A DNA stretch of 64,000 nucleotides from assembly GCF_006345805.1 (NCBI RefSeq), contig NC_043004.1:105524001-105588000 (forward strand). The letters are read 5' to 3'. Shown here piece by piece: positions 26,916-40,483 of the stretch. Both the position numbers and the translations under genes were made by a program. Positions within the stretch are counted from its first letter, which is position 1, and each line of letters begins with the position of its first letter. Under the pieces are notes generated by a model. The model ran no database searches and was not told the DNA's origin. It saw only the letters and a list, made by a program, of their open reading frames with translations. This stretch comes from Octopus sinensis (Eukaryota).

Positions 26916-27133
26916 GGTTGATTTTTTTATGTGCCACCTGTTAGGGATCAGCACTTCTTTACACAGCTGTCCTCGTCCATACACATCACATGACCATCAC
27001 ATGACCATACCAGTGCAGTCGTCTCTCTCTTGCAGACCACATCTTATTTCTCTTATGCCTAACTTTTTCCTCAAGATGCTTAGACTCACTTCAACATGCA
27101 CACTGACACACACACACACACACACACACACAC

Positions 27134-27174
<41 letters not shown>

Positions 27175-27223
27175 TATATTATATATTTATGTATATATAT
27201 ATGTATATATTATAATGTATATA

Positions 27224-27315
<92 letters not shown>

Positions 27316-27339
27316 TAATATATATATATAATATACTTG

Positions 27340-27567
27340 TTTTATAGTTAGTCGTTTAAACGCAGTGTTGCTGGGGCATCACCTTGAAGGATTTAGTTGA
27401 ACAAATCGACCCTTATTTTTTTTTAAGTCCAGTACTATTCTATCAGTCCCTTTTATCAAACAGCTATGTTACAGGGACATAAAAAATATATATATAACCA
27501 GCACCGGTTGTTAAGTGATGGTGGGGAACAAACACAGACACAAACACAGATACACACACACACGCAC

Positions 27568-27631
<64 letters not shown>

Positions 27632-27779
27632 AGGCTTCTTTCAGTTTCCATCTACCAAATCTACTCACAAAGATTTGATCAGCTCGAGGCTATAGCAGAA
27701 GACACTTGCCAAAGTTTGACTGAACCTGGAATCATGTGGTTGGGAAGCAAGCCTTTTCTCACACAGCCATGCCTGCACC

Positions 27780-27782
<3 letters not shown>
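27340..27782 (-). mobile_element. SINE B
   Basis: Homologous to 16878-17250; long internal (CA)n. Confidence 0.8.
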
Positions 27783-27840
<58 letters not shown>

Positions 27841-28363
27841 CACACACACACATATATATATATTATATATTTATATATATATCACATACACACATATATA
27901 TACATACATATATATATATGTATATATACTATATAATATTATATATTGTGTGTATATATGTGCATATGTATATATGAATGTGCGTGTGTGTGTATGTAAT
28001 ATATATATATTTATATATATGTATATATATGTATATATGTATGTATGTATATATGTGTATATATATATATATATATTAAGGTATGTAGAAAAATACAACA
28101 TGGACAAGAAAGTATAACTCTTAGAAGACGATACAATACAACACGGACAGGACATTCGAAACCCTCAGTCTTCAGTCAGAAACCAGATCATCGTAGTAAT
28201 TTTCGGCTGATTAATCTTGAGATTACTAGATCACGGCCAGCCCTCCAAGAAAAACTAAGCAACGAGCATTAGAAAAACTAAGCTGGAGCGTAGATTTCCT
28301 GGAAGAAGGATCGAATGCATACGGACAACCAGACAGCAAATTATATATATATATATATATATA

Positions 28364-28736
28364 TAGGTGCAGGAGTGGCTGCATGGTAAGTAGCTTGCTT
28401 ACCAACCTCTTGGTTCCAGGTTCTGTCCCACTGTGTGGCAACTTGGGCATGTGTCTTCTACTATAGCTTCAGGTGAGTGGATTTGGTAGATGGAAACTGA
28501 AAGAAGCCCGTCATATATGTGTGTGTATGTTTGTGTGTCTGTGTTTGTCTCCCCACCATCGCTTGACAACCAATGTTGATGTGCTTACATCCCCGTAACT
28601 TAGCGGTTCAGCAAAAGAGACCTATAGAATAAGTACTAGGCTTACAAAGAATAAAACTTGGGATCGATTTGTCCAACTAAAGGTGGTGCTCCAGCATGGT
28701 CACAGTCAAATGACTGAAACAAATACAAGAATAAAA

Positions 28737-28740
<4 letters not shown>
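28364..28740 (+). mobile_element. SINE B, full-length
   Basis: ataggtgcaggagtggctgcatggtaagtagcttgc...ggtgctccagcatggtcacagtcaaatgactgaaac. Confidence 0.85.
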
Positions 28741-28773
<33 letters not shown>

Positions 28774-29292
28774 TAGATCTTTCCCCCATCTTTTTCTCAT
28801 TTGTATTGTCTTTCTTATTTTTTCCTTTTGTCTTCTCTTTTCCGTGGTCTCTCCTTCAGTCTTCCCTTCTTTCCCACAGCATCTTTTTCGTTTTCTCTCC
28901 CTTTCCCTCTCTATCTCATCTCCAGATTTTCTTTCTCTTTCTCTCTCTCTCTCTTTCTTTTCTCCTCTTTACAACTATTTTTATCTCTCCTTCGCTCCTT
29001 CTCAATTTCTCTCTCCACTTTCTTTTTTTCTCTCTATCTCTCCATCTCTCACTACCAACCTCACTTCCTCTCTCTCTCTTTCCATTTTGTCCATTATTCT
29101 TCCTCTCCATCTCTCATAGTCTCTTTCTTCTTTCACTCTCTCACACTCTGTCTCTCTCGCTCTCTCTTTCTCCCCTCTTAATATCTCAGTCCCTTGCCCA
29201 GCAATACATTGACTATACAGCAACAACAGCAACAACAACTAACTCAATTCAACCATAACTAGCCTGATTGATAAATCTCACCAAATCCACCA

Positions 29293-29326
<34 letters not shown>

Positions 29327-29938
29327 GCACACGATCTCTTACTCTCTCTAACACTCACTTACACTCTATCCCTCTCTTTATAACCTTCTCTTACTTTCTC
29401 TTTCTCTTCTTAACTCTTTGATTTTTCTCTTTTCCCACCCCTCTCTCACTTCCTCTCTCTGTTTACTCTCTCTCTCTCTCTCTCCATCTCCCTCTACTTC
29501 CTCAGTAGCTCTTCCTTCTCTGTATGGGATATACTAGCAAATCTATTGGTTCCGACTACTGGAGCCTGTCTATATGGGATGGATGATGTCTACAGCAGCA
29601 TCCACTGCTGCTGCTGCTGCTGCTGCTACTGATATCGATGCTTTCTTTTTTTTTCCTGGCTCTCTAGTGGTTGTGCGTGTTGTAACTGTTGTGGTTGTTG
29701 TGGTTGTAGTTGTGGTGGTGATGATTGTTGTTGTTATTGTATCTCAACAACTCGTTGTGATGTTTGTCCTTGCGGATGGATATAAGTATATTTGAAGTCT
29801 GGACTTCAAATATACTGGTCAACAGAACTGGATAGCGGTCAGTCAGTGACGCTGGTGTTGCCACTGATCGAGGGACTTAATATTGATGATGCTGTAACTC
29901 TGTGTTTGCATTGTCAAACATACATACAAACACACACA

Positions 29939-29969
<31 letters not shown>

Positions 29970-30106
29970 CATACAGAAGTACATATACAGACATACGAAC
30001 ATAGATAAATATATATACATATACTCAAGCATACATACAGGCATACATTTCATAGAGATGGAAAGACGGCAAACACACAGACATATCTGTTTGTACTCAC
30101 ACTTAC

Positions 30107-30183
30107 GTAAACAGAATTTCTGGAACCTTTCCGTAAGTTTGAAACACAACGCAAGCCAGTGGGACATTTCTCTTCCGCAATCT
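30107..30183 (-). CDS. Candidate exon of an unidentified host gene
   Basis: ctacAG acceptor, AC|GTAAGT donor, CpG-containing unique sequence; all three frames open. Confidence 0.3.
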
Positions 30184-30949
30184 CTGTAGCTGCATGGATC
30201 TCACATAAGAAACACAACAAAATAAATTAGTATTTTGATTAGTATTTTACATAGCCTCCAAAACAACTGACCATTTTCTTATTGAAAAGACATTGTGGAT
30301 GTTAGTGGCTCTTGAAAAATATTAAGCATAACAACAACAGCAATAACCACAATAATAATTGTTAAATACTAATTTAATTGAATTTTTTGAGAGCATTTAA
30401 AGCTGTCTGTAAGTGGTGCCAACACAAGTGGTACCGGGTTCTTGTGTCTCTGTTGCACAGAATTTCCTCCTTAACAAACCCAGCTACCCTTGCTTTTCTT
30501 TGCATTTTAAGACCTTGGTAGTTGTAAGAAATGGTATAAGAGAAGAGAAGTAATAAAGTATCTTGTATAAACAGAGTTGATAGCAATGAAGTGTGGCTAG
30601 AATGAGATACACAACATTGGTGCTGCTAAGTCTCTCCTCGCAAAAGTAGAAAACAAAGCAATACAAATACAAAGTTACATAGGAAAAAAGGAGGGAAGAA
30701 AAAAGAAAAGAAAAAAGGGCCTTCAGAATAACCTGAAGCAAGGAAGTTTTACACAAGAACTACAGCAATAATAATAACAAACAAGGAGCAAAGAATGATG
30801 GCAATGTATTTAACTCTCTCTTTGGTTTTCATTGGAAGAAAGGAAAAAAAGAAAACATAAAAATAAATCAGGGAAAGCATCATGTAATTAACCATGTTGC
30901 CATGATCGTTCCAAATGAGCGTTTTAATTTTTCGACAACACGGAATTAC

Positions 30950-30971
30950 CGAATGGGCTACACTTCTTTCT
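30950..30971 (-). CDS. Candidate 22-nt exon
   Basis: Strong acceptor ttgttcttatctttcttacAG; CG|GTAATT donor. Confidence 0.2.
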
Positions 30972-32066
30972 CTGTAAGAAAGATAAGAACAATAATGAGA
31001 AAAAAATGAAATCGACAATTTTTTGGTTTCCACAAGAAGTTTGCAGTGAGCTACAGTTGTGTGCGGTGCTAAATTTTAGTAACTTGCAGCAAGTCTGTGA
31101 CTGGATCTTTCAGTTAAATATTTTCATGGGATCCTGATTTCTGTTTGTTTTTGTTTTATTTGTATCCCCTCCATCTTCTTTAGATTTCAATTTTCTGTCC
31201 CTTTTTTTTTTCACCCTCTCCACTTTAAAACAGTTTCCAATTTGCCAAATTTTCTTTTCTTTCCTCATTCTTCATTTCTAATTATTTGATTATTTTTTTC
31301 TTTCTTTATATATAATCTTTTAACACCTCATTCATTTTTTTTTATTTACTTTTCTGTTGTTTATAATTATTTGCAAATTAGAAAAATGAAGAACTCTGTT
31401 ACATCCCATGGAGCATACAAGATGAGAGAAATTGTAGCAATTTGAACTGGCACTCTTGATTCTTCATGCCATCTCTCTGTTCATCTTCAGTTTTTCTCCT
31501 CCTTACCTTCTTTTTGCCGTACCTTGCTTTCTTAAGGTCACTATGGCAACTTCAGGATTTACCGTTTCCGTTTCAAAAAGTGTCAAACAGATGGCAGGTT
31601 ATGTCTTTTCACCATTACAATGTTGTCAAAACAAGGTAAGATCATCTCACTTCTCTATTGCTAAGTGTTATATGTGAAGAACTGAGCAGAGAAGCTGCAT
31701 TGATGGAGAAGGAACTAAAAGAAAGATAGATAGGTAGATAGATAGATGAGAGAGAGTGAGAGAGAGAGAGAGGAAGAAAGAGAGAGAAAGAGTGGCAGTA
31801 AATAGATGTAGGTTTACATAGAAAAACTGATAAAATGATAGGTAACACATACAAAATCCTATTTACTTCATAAACACATTTATAGATATGCACACACATC
31901 ACCACACATCTATCTCTTTTGTAGATGCAAGTATTTATATATAAAGAATGAACATAGTTTAAAATTTGTTCAGAAATGAGTGAAAAATAAAATGTGATGT
32001 TAAGATAGAAAGTGAAAGTGAAAGAAGTAATGAGCAAGAAATTGATTGATATAGGATGATAGATAG

Positions 32067-32121
<55 letters not shown>

Positions 32122-32170
32122 CAGACAGACAGACAGATAGATAGACAGACAGATAGATAGACAGACAGAC

Positions 32171-32235
<65 letters not shown>

Positions 32236-33128
32236 TAGATGGACAGATAGATATGTGAAGAGACAGATACAGAAAAAGTACATGTCAATGTATATATATA
32301 TATATATATATATATATTGATAGATAGATAAATAAGTAGAATATATATCTATATAAATAGGTATATAAGAAGTATATCGCTACATAGCCAGATAACTTAA
32401 CTGATAGAATAACAGATAATGGTATAGACAGAGAAAGAGAGGAGAGGGAAAAAGAGAGAGAGAGAGGGAAAGAGAGAGAGAGAGAGGGAGAGAGAGATGG
32501 GAGAGGGAGAGAGAGAGAAATGAGCAAACTAAATGAAGGTAAAATATCAAAGTTAACTCTTGGTGCACTCGAGTCCCGGTACTGTAGTCAAGAAATCTCC
32601 CTGCGCATCTTACTGCACCCCACCCCATCACTTCCATAATTGTGACCTCAACTATTTCTATCATTGAAAGATCTTCTCTTTTTCTTTCTTCCTCCCTCCC
32701 CCCTCTCTCTCTCTCTCTTACACTACCACCACCACCACCACCACCAATGCCACTTACCCCAATTATCAGAACTATCACCACCTCCACCACCACATTCACT
32801 CCTCCACCGTCTCCCACTCCAACCACCGCCCCCGCCAGCCCAATGCAGCCGCCACAACCATCACCACCACCATTGTTACTATCATTATTAACTACAACCG
32901 CCACTGTGGCCACCATTGTCGTCACCGCTCCATTCACAACCACCAGCAGGATCATCACCGTCTCCACCTCAATCACATAGGGAAGCCTTATTACCATGGC
33001 TGCCGCCGCTACCGCCACCACCACCACCACCACCACCACCACCAATACTTTGCAGGTCATTTCTTGTGATATATCATCCTGTGTATGTGTGTATTTACAC
33101 ATGCACATACATGCACGCACATGCACAC

Positions 33129-33182
<54 letters not shown>

Positions 33183-33724
33183 CATGTGATTACATGTACA
33201 TGCGTGTGCATATATGTGTCTGATTGTGTGTATATTTATGTGTGTGTGTGTGTGTGTGTGTATGTGTGTGTGTGAAGTTTGATTAACTCCCTTCTCAAAA
33301 TAAAATTGATCGTCTTGTGAATGGGGATGGTACACTGCGATTGTCAGATCGCAGTTGTTGCACACAGCCTTGCAGCAGCAGCAGCAACAGTAACAGCAGC
33401 CATAACAGTGATGATGCATGCGTATGCAACAAGTCTTCATTGACAAACATTTATAGATACCATGATAAAGCTATGTTTAGAAAGCTGAGAGTGTAGATAT
33501 ATGCTGAGAGTGGAGATGTGTGTGCATGTGTGTGTGTGTGTGTGTGTGTTTGCTTGAATTTGTGTGTATGTGTGTGTTTATGTCTGTGTTTGTGTGTGTG
33601 TGTGTATGTGTGTGTGTTTGTATCTGTATACACGTGCATGACTTTTCAAGTCTATCTTTGGATATATTTATACATGTGCATGTTCTATATCTGTGTGTAT
33701 GTGCCTCTCTATGTGTTTCTCGCT

Positions 33725-33755
<31 letters not shown>

Positions 33756-33960
33756 TGCTCTCTCTCTGTATGTCTGCCAGTGTGTTTGTGTGTGTGTGTG
33801 TGTGTGTGAGTGTTTGTGCATGTGTGTGTCTGGGAAATTATTAGTAATATCTGACTATTCACTCGTACTGTGTACTTCGCTCCAATTAACACTCAAATAG
33901 ATAGATGGACAGATAGATAGAAAGATGAATAGAAAAATAAATAGATAAATTGATAGATAA

Positions 33961-34021
<61 letters not shown>

Positions 34022-34055
34022 AAAATAGATTGATAGATAGATGGATGGATGGATC

Positions 34056-34146
<91 letters not shown>

Positions 34147-34404
34147 GGATAGATAGACAGATATACAAGTATGTATGTTCTTACATGTATAATTCATAAC
34201 AAGATGACTCGGCTCTACTTCACTTAGTTTCATAGGTACATATCTGCACCTATGAAACTTTAAGTAATGCGGAGCTCAGTCAACCTGTTATTAAATACAA
34301 CTCTCTCAAAATACAATGAGTTCTATTTTCTGTAATTCATTCATATACACATGTGTGTGTGTGTGTAAATATATATACACACACATACAAGCATATATAT
34401 ATAT

Positions 34405-34960
34405 ATGGTGGCTGCCCCCTCGTTATCAAGTATGGCCATTGCATGAAGCTTAATCAATGTTGTTATCATGCAATGCCTGTGCAAGAAGATTTTTTTTTAA
34501 AGTGAAGAAAGGCTGTGCACTGAGTCAATGTCACTCACTAAGCAACAGCAGCCATAATCCAAAAAGAAGAACAAGTCAACATCATCGGTAACCACTGAGC
34601 CGCAGGTTTTATGTCGGAGTTATCCCAGTTACCTGAGTTACTTTCTCCTAGAAGGATGCCCTAACAAAGGCTAGGAGTCCTTCACTCCCAATGGTTTAAC
34701 TATGCGATCGGGTATTCAATCCGATTATTTCTATGTCCCCGCGCATGATACAGCCTTAAGACATTTATTGGATGGCCGTTGACTCTCAAGAGTTCTTCCG
34801 CCCTTTGATGGGTTTTGTTTTTCATCCTGCAGGGTGTCCAATAAACACCCTCCTCACCAAGCAAGCTTAGTGGGGGTTGCTGGTTTAGTCGCCGACGACC
34901 CAACCATGCAACAAGTTATACTGGGTTACATGTTACCAGTAGCACTCTAAAGTAACCTGA
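34405..34960 (-). mobile_element. Probable non-autonomous RTE-derived element (5' UTR-like segment joined to a 3' end)
   Basis: GC-richer unit between (TA)n tracts; end ggtggctgccccctcg...gccattgcatgaag resembles the tail of 12590-12930; family assignment from recall only. Confidence 0.4.
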
Positions 34961-34961
34961 C

Positions 34962-35015
<54 letters not shown>

Positions 35016-35498
35016 TGTTTTATATTCATTTTCCATGCTACCATGTGTTAGAGGAAAAAATTTTATGGAAGATTTTACAACCAAATATCCTTCCTGTTGC
35101 TAAGCCTTACTTGATTTTCAAATAAGGGAGCTCTTATTTCATACATCTTCCTAAGTGTGAAGGATATGGACTATTAGTCCACCTTTAGCATGGCTGTGTG
35201 GTTGAGAAGTTTGCTTTGCAATCATGTGAGGAATAAAAGTAAAGTCAACCATGGAAGGCAGAACTTGAACTCAGAACATAAGAGTGTATGACAAAATAAT
35301 GCTGCAAAAAATTTTTGTCTGACATACATTGTTTTCTGAAAGGTGTAGGCATGGCTGTATTGTTACAAAGTTTGCATCCCAAATAAATGGTTATGAGTTC
35401 AGTTTCACTACATATCACCTTCGGCAAGTGTCTGTCACTATAGCCTCAGGACAATCGAAACCCTGGGGGTGGATTTAGTAGAGTGAAACTGAAAGAAG

Positions 35499-35910
35499 GC
35501 TGAGTTCCTTTCAAGTGTTGGACCTCACAGAGTTGAGGTAGCTGAGTTTGTTTTAAGCAGGACTCATGGAGGCAAGGTGGCCAAGCTCCTTTTGAGCATT
35601 GGGCCTCACAGAAGCAATTGCCAAGACCTTTGGCTTTATGTCGTACTTGAGAAGACCCATCAAGCCAAACAAAATTGCAGTCGTGGCAGATACCGGTGTC
35701 ACAGAAATGGCGCCTGTGCCGGTGGCACGTAAAAGCACCCATTACACTCTCAGAGTGGTTGGTGTTAGGAAGAGCATCCAGCCGTAGAAAGTCATGACAA
35801 ATTAGACTGGAGCCTGGCGCAGCCTTCCAGTGTGCCAGCCCAATTAAACCGTCCAACCCATGCCAGCATGGGCAATGGACATTAAATGCTGCTGCTGCTG
35901 CTGATGGTGA
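35499..35910 (+). mobile_element. Family D copy with about three 42-bp 5' repeats
   Basis: Same architecture as 26440-26915. Confidence 0.75.
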
Positions 35911-36287
35911 TGATATATGTGTGTATGTGAATGTTTCAGTCTCCGTGTCTTGACATTGCCTGAGTGTCACTGTCATACAAGCAGTGTCATTCATTTCCAG
36001 TACTCTGTGGAGCCATGTCTGCCCTTGGAGAAATATAATCTTATTTGGAAACAAGTGAGTGTTGGTGACAGGAAGAGCATCCAGCCATAGACAATCTTCC
36101 TCAACAAATTCTGTCTGACCCATGTAAGTATGGAAAAGATGATGGCAAAACAGTGATGATGATAATTATGAAGGTATGTGTTGTATTTTTGGTCAATTGG
36201 CCTACATATTCAAGGCTTAATATTTCTCACATAAAAATTTCAAAAAACAATCATATTTATTTGTTTGTCTATACATACATACATACA

Positions 36288-36319
<32 letters not shown>

Positions 36320-36367
36320 CTTATAAATACAATCTGTAAGTGGAACACTAAAAATGTACAATAATTT

Positions 36368-36552
36368 TCCCAAAATAATAATAATAATGAAATTATTGTA
36401 TATAGTGCTCAGGGACACTACAACTCATCAAAGGTGCATGTATAGTACATAGAATTATCTACAAAAGTCAGGAAAGTGAACAGTGTATGAATCATGATAT
36501 ACATGTGTGCATGCGTATGGGGCGGAATATCAGGTGTAGTGTTGGTGAACAC
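36368..36552 (-). mobile_element. Solo 3' UTR of the CR1/L2 LINE at 2560-3745
   Basis: aataataataatgaaattattgtatatagtgctcagg...atcaggtgtagtgttgg matches 2565-2735. Confidence 0.8.
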
Positions 36553-36597
36553 CTGATAGACCAAGTGTGACATTGTTTCCGTTATTTACCTTCGAAT

Positions 36598-36640
36598 GAC
36601 GGACATTTCTATCTTTGTTAGAAACCAGATCTTTCCTCAG
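36598..36640 (-). ncRNA. Degenerate hammerhead-like motif
   Basis: CUGAGGA aag aucu[...]agau a GAAA uguccGUC; stem I not supported. Confidence 0.3.
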
Positions 36641-36672
36641 AGGAAAGAAGTTAAATAATTTAAAACAGAAGA

Positions 36673-36714
<42 letters not shown>

Positions 36715-36767
36715 CTAATATATAAGTGGTGTGTGTATATATATATATGTGTGTGTGGTTTATATAC

Positions 36768-36831
<64 letters not shown>

Positions 36832-37339
36832 CTATATATATACATATAACAATCTATGTATCATACTTAATGTATATACACAGTTGATAGGCCAGATACT
36901 GCGACACAGAAACACAAGCACATATATTTACATATATTTATGCCATCACACCCTTCTCTTCCTCCTCATTGCTACAACTGTCATCATCATCCTCATCATT
37001 GTACCTTTATTGATACATACTAACATGTATATATCGATATCTATGCCAAACATATATTTGTATTTGTGAGCCTGTTAATTGCAGACTTTGTTATTATTTA
37101 TTGTTCCATCCTTAATGAACTCTGGCTGATCAGGCAAAGTTATTATCAAAAGACAATCCAGCTGTGGTAATCCTGTCTTTTATTTGGGCATAATGCATCT
37201 AGGATTTTGCCAGCTCATATGTCCTTTTTTTATTTTACGGTAATAAGTTGGATTTGGTGAAGCTATTCGTTGCTATTTCTAACAGGTTGAGTGACCATGC
37301 AGAGGCTCCTTTGTCAGCATGTACACATTGTTTATATGC

Positions 37340-37700
37340 ATCTATACTTACTTAATCATGCCCTTCATTCTTTGTGGAGCTTAAGTCATTGTAGATTTTT
37401 CTCCACTGTTCTCTTTTCTGCCTCTCTCCAGTTGGATCCCTGTTTTTCAGCTCTGCCTTTCAGATTTTGCAAGTCTTGCTGATTTTGAATATGTCACCAA
37501 CACTTCTGTAACTTTGCTTTTTTCTAGATAGGGGTGTTGGCCCTACACAAACCCATTTTTACCTCTGTGGTCCATATTAGTTTGGCCTCTATCCTTTGAC
37601 CTGTCCAACAGGAGAGCTCCTACCTGGAGCTTTCATTCTGCTGTCATAGCTCTCAGGGTCACTGAGGCACACGAGTCACCATACTGTAATAAGGACTGGA
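37340..37700 (-). mobile_element. Probable internally deleted RTE derivative
   Basis: 5' UTR-like gacctgtccaacaggagagctcctacc...catagctctcagggtcactgaggcac joined to a 3' end with taagtaagt tail. Confidence 0.45.
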
Positions 37701-37729
37701 TTTTGTGGTGGTATATGCATCTATAGTGA

Positions 37730-38030
37730 AGGTCCATGGCTTAGTGCCAAGGGTATTTGGCTCACAATTGTATGGTCATGAGTTCAATTCCTGGTGATGT
37801 GTTGTATCCTTGACCAAGACACTTATTTCATGTTGCTCCAATTCACTCAGCTGGCAAAAATGAGTTGTACCTGTGTTTCTGTGTCACGCTGAATCTCCCT
37901 GAGAACTATGTTAAGGGTACACATGTCTGTGGAGTGCTCAGCCACATTTATGGTAATTTCATGAGCAGGCTGTTCTGCTGGTCGGATCAATTGGAACCCT
38001 CGTCATTGCAACCAACAGAGTGCTAGTTTA
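37730..38030 (+). mobile_element. CORE-like SINE, 'ctgtggagtgctcagccac' tail
   Basis: B-box gagttcaattcc, tccttgaccaagacacttatttcatgttgctcc centre. Confidence 0.75.
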
Positions 38031-38079
38031 TAGACATACATGACTATGTTAATATCAGGATTAAACTGGCACACAATTG

Positions 38080-38400
38080 GTTAGGATGACAAAGGTTTTA
38101 GTTGATCCAATCACTGGAACAGCCCCCTTATGAAATTAATGCACATGTGGCTGAGCACTCCACAGACATGCATACCTTTAATGCATAACCTAGTTCTCAG
38201 GAAGATTCAACATTACTCAGAATGTGACAAGGCTGGCCCTTTGAATTGCAGGTAAAAAAACTAATTCTTATTAGCTGAGTGGACTGGAGCAACATGAAAT
38301 AAAGTGTCATGCTCAAGGACACAACATTCTATCAGGTATCAAACTCATGACTTTATGGTTGTGAGCTGAATGCTCTGCACTCTAAGCCACATATCTTCAC
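38080..38400 (-). mobile_element. CORE-like SINE, same family, inverted relative to 37730-38030
   Basis: gtggctgagcactccacagacatg; ggagcaacatgaaataaagtgtc. Confidence 0.75.
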
Positions 38401-38865
38401 AATATTGAGATCAAGTATTTGTGCTCAGTATGATCAATGTCTCTCATTCAACCTTACTGTACTCATTTCTGGGGGGCAAAAGTAGCGCTGAGCTAAAAAC
38501 AAACTAACAACCAAACAAAAAAAGTATATAAAAACTCTCAAGATATATACTTTATTGCATATTAGTCTGTGTTATGAAGTTTTGATGATTTAAATACATC
38601 AAGGCCTTAATAGGAAAGCAATATCTTGCTGTTGATGATAATACAAAGTTTATTCAATGACAGATCTAATGTTTTTCCAGCAAATCCTGTCCCACCTTTT
38701 AGGAGTTCCAACCTCATTTTGACTGCTTTTGGTATGGAAACCTTTCCTTCCTTGGTCTTCTGAGGTCTTGTTTCGATATTTGTTACTATCACTAAGAGCT
38801 ACACTTTTGGTTTCCCTTTCTTAGGTTTGTATCCAAAGCTTCCAAGACACTGAAGCAACCTCCTA

Positions 38866-39064
38866 CTCTTTTACTTGTTTCAGTCATTTGACTGTGGCCA
38901 TGCTGGAGCACCGCCTTTAGTCGAGCAAATCGACCCCGGGACTTATTCTTTGTAAGCCCAGTACTTATTCTATCAGTCTCTTTTGCCGAACCGCTAAGTG
39001 ACGGGGGACATAAACACACCAGCATCGGTTGTCAAGCAATGCTAGGGGGACAAACACAGACACA

Positions 39065-39156
<92 letters not shown>

Positions 39157-39325
39157 CGACAGGCTTCTTTCAGTTTCCATCTACCAAATCCACTCACAAG
39201 GGCATTGGTTGGCCCGGGGCTATAGCAGAAGACACTTGCCCAAGATGCCACGCAGTGGGACTGAACCCAGAACCATGTGGTTGGTTAGCAAGCTACTTAC
39301 CACACAGCCACTCCTGCGCCTATAT
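38866..39325 (-). mobile_element. SINE B, full-length, young
   Basis: Near-identical to 16878-17250; longer internal (CA)n(TA)n. Confidence 0.9.
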
Positions 39326-40435
39326 GACTTAAGTTTTGATTCTCATCCAAAACTTACTTATGATGCACATTCATCATCTGGTTGGCCCACTTTTGGCTCT
39401 TCCATATAAAATGTTTGAGTGTTGGACAAGTCTGTATGTTATTACACACTTTTGAACAGACGCTAATTCTGCTGTTCTATTGTATATATTGATTGATTAT
39501 CTTTTCAGGGATCTAATGAGGTTAGACACAAGACCACTTAACAAGATGTTCAGTTCATTCTACATAAATTCTTCTCACTAAAAGTAGCCCATGCCCCTGT
39601 ATATATTCCTGGCTTGCAGAGGGCCACCATCAATCAGCAGAAGAGCAATCCATTTGATCTGTTTCAAATTTGAGATGAGACTAACTTTTTCCATGTCCTT
39701 CAGTTCTCCTGTCATTTACTTTGTTCAATAGAAATGTGTCTTTTACCTGCTAATGCCAGCTATAGTAAGGGAAACATTGCAGGAACCAGTTACTCGACAG
39801 TTCAATTAATCCTCATCTCCTACACTCAGTTCTAATGATTGGTTAGCATATCAAAGGCATTTCAAACTTTGACTATATCCTGACAGGGCATGGATTGCCT
39901 GTTTTGATTAGGAGTGGTTATGATAGGGTTGTTATTTTGACCTAAGTTGACCCTGTTTGAACAAAGCATATGATCAAAAGCATTCCAGCCATAACTATCT
40001 CAAAATTAAGGGAGAGAGAGTTGTGAGAGGTTTTCTTTTGAAGGAGGGGTCTCTTAAATATCCATGGGCCTCTCCTTAGCCCTAGACCATAGGCTGATAC
40101 TTAAGCTTAGGGTCTAGCTAAAACCACATTACCTCTTACAGGCCCTGCATTCATACACACACATATGTGTGTAATGTATACAGACAAAAATACATACATT
40201 CATACACACACATATAGAATGCACATGTGCACTCATATGCATACACATATATACACACACACACACTCATATACATAAACATATATGCATTAATGCATAC
40301 ATTTATACATATACATACACTTAAAGACACATCATTACATCATTGCGCAAAGCAATGTAACTGATACAGCACTACAGTCTTTTCTCCAAAGATTCGATGA
40401 CTGGTATGTCATTACAGGCCAGCAGCCTGTCTTAC

Positions 40436-40483
<48 letters not shown>

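Noticed and set aside
32380-33153. 257-aa ORF and overlapping Pro/Thr-rich ORFs
   Set aside because: Built from (GTG)n, (GA)n and (TG)n tracts; no domain or splice support.
38607-38860. RTE-like linker fragment (KAVKM...ELLKGG)
   Set aside because: Weak similarity and no diagnostic motif.
39330-39880. Decayed Tc3-like transposase
   Set aside because: Only faint resemblance; no catalytic motif could be read with confidence.
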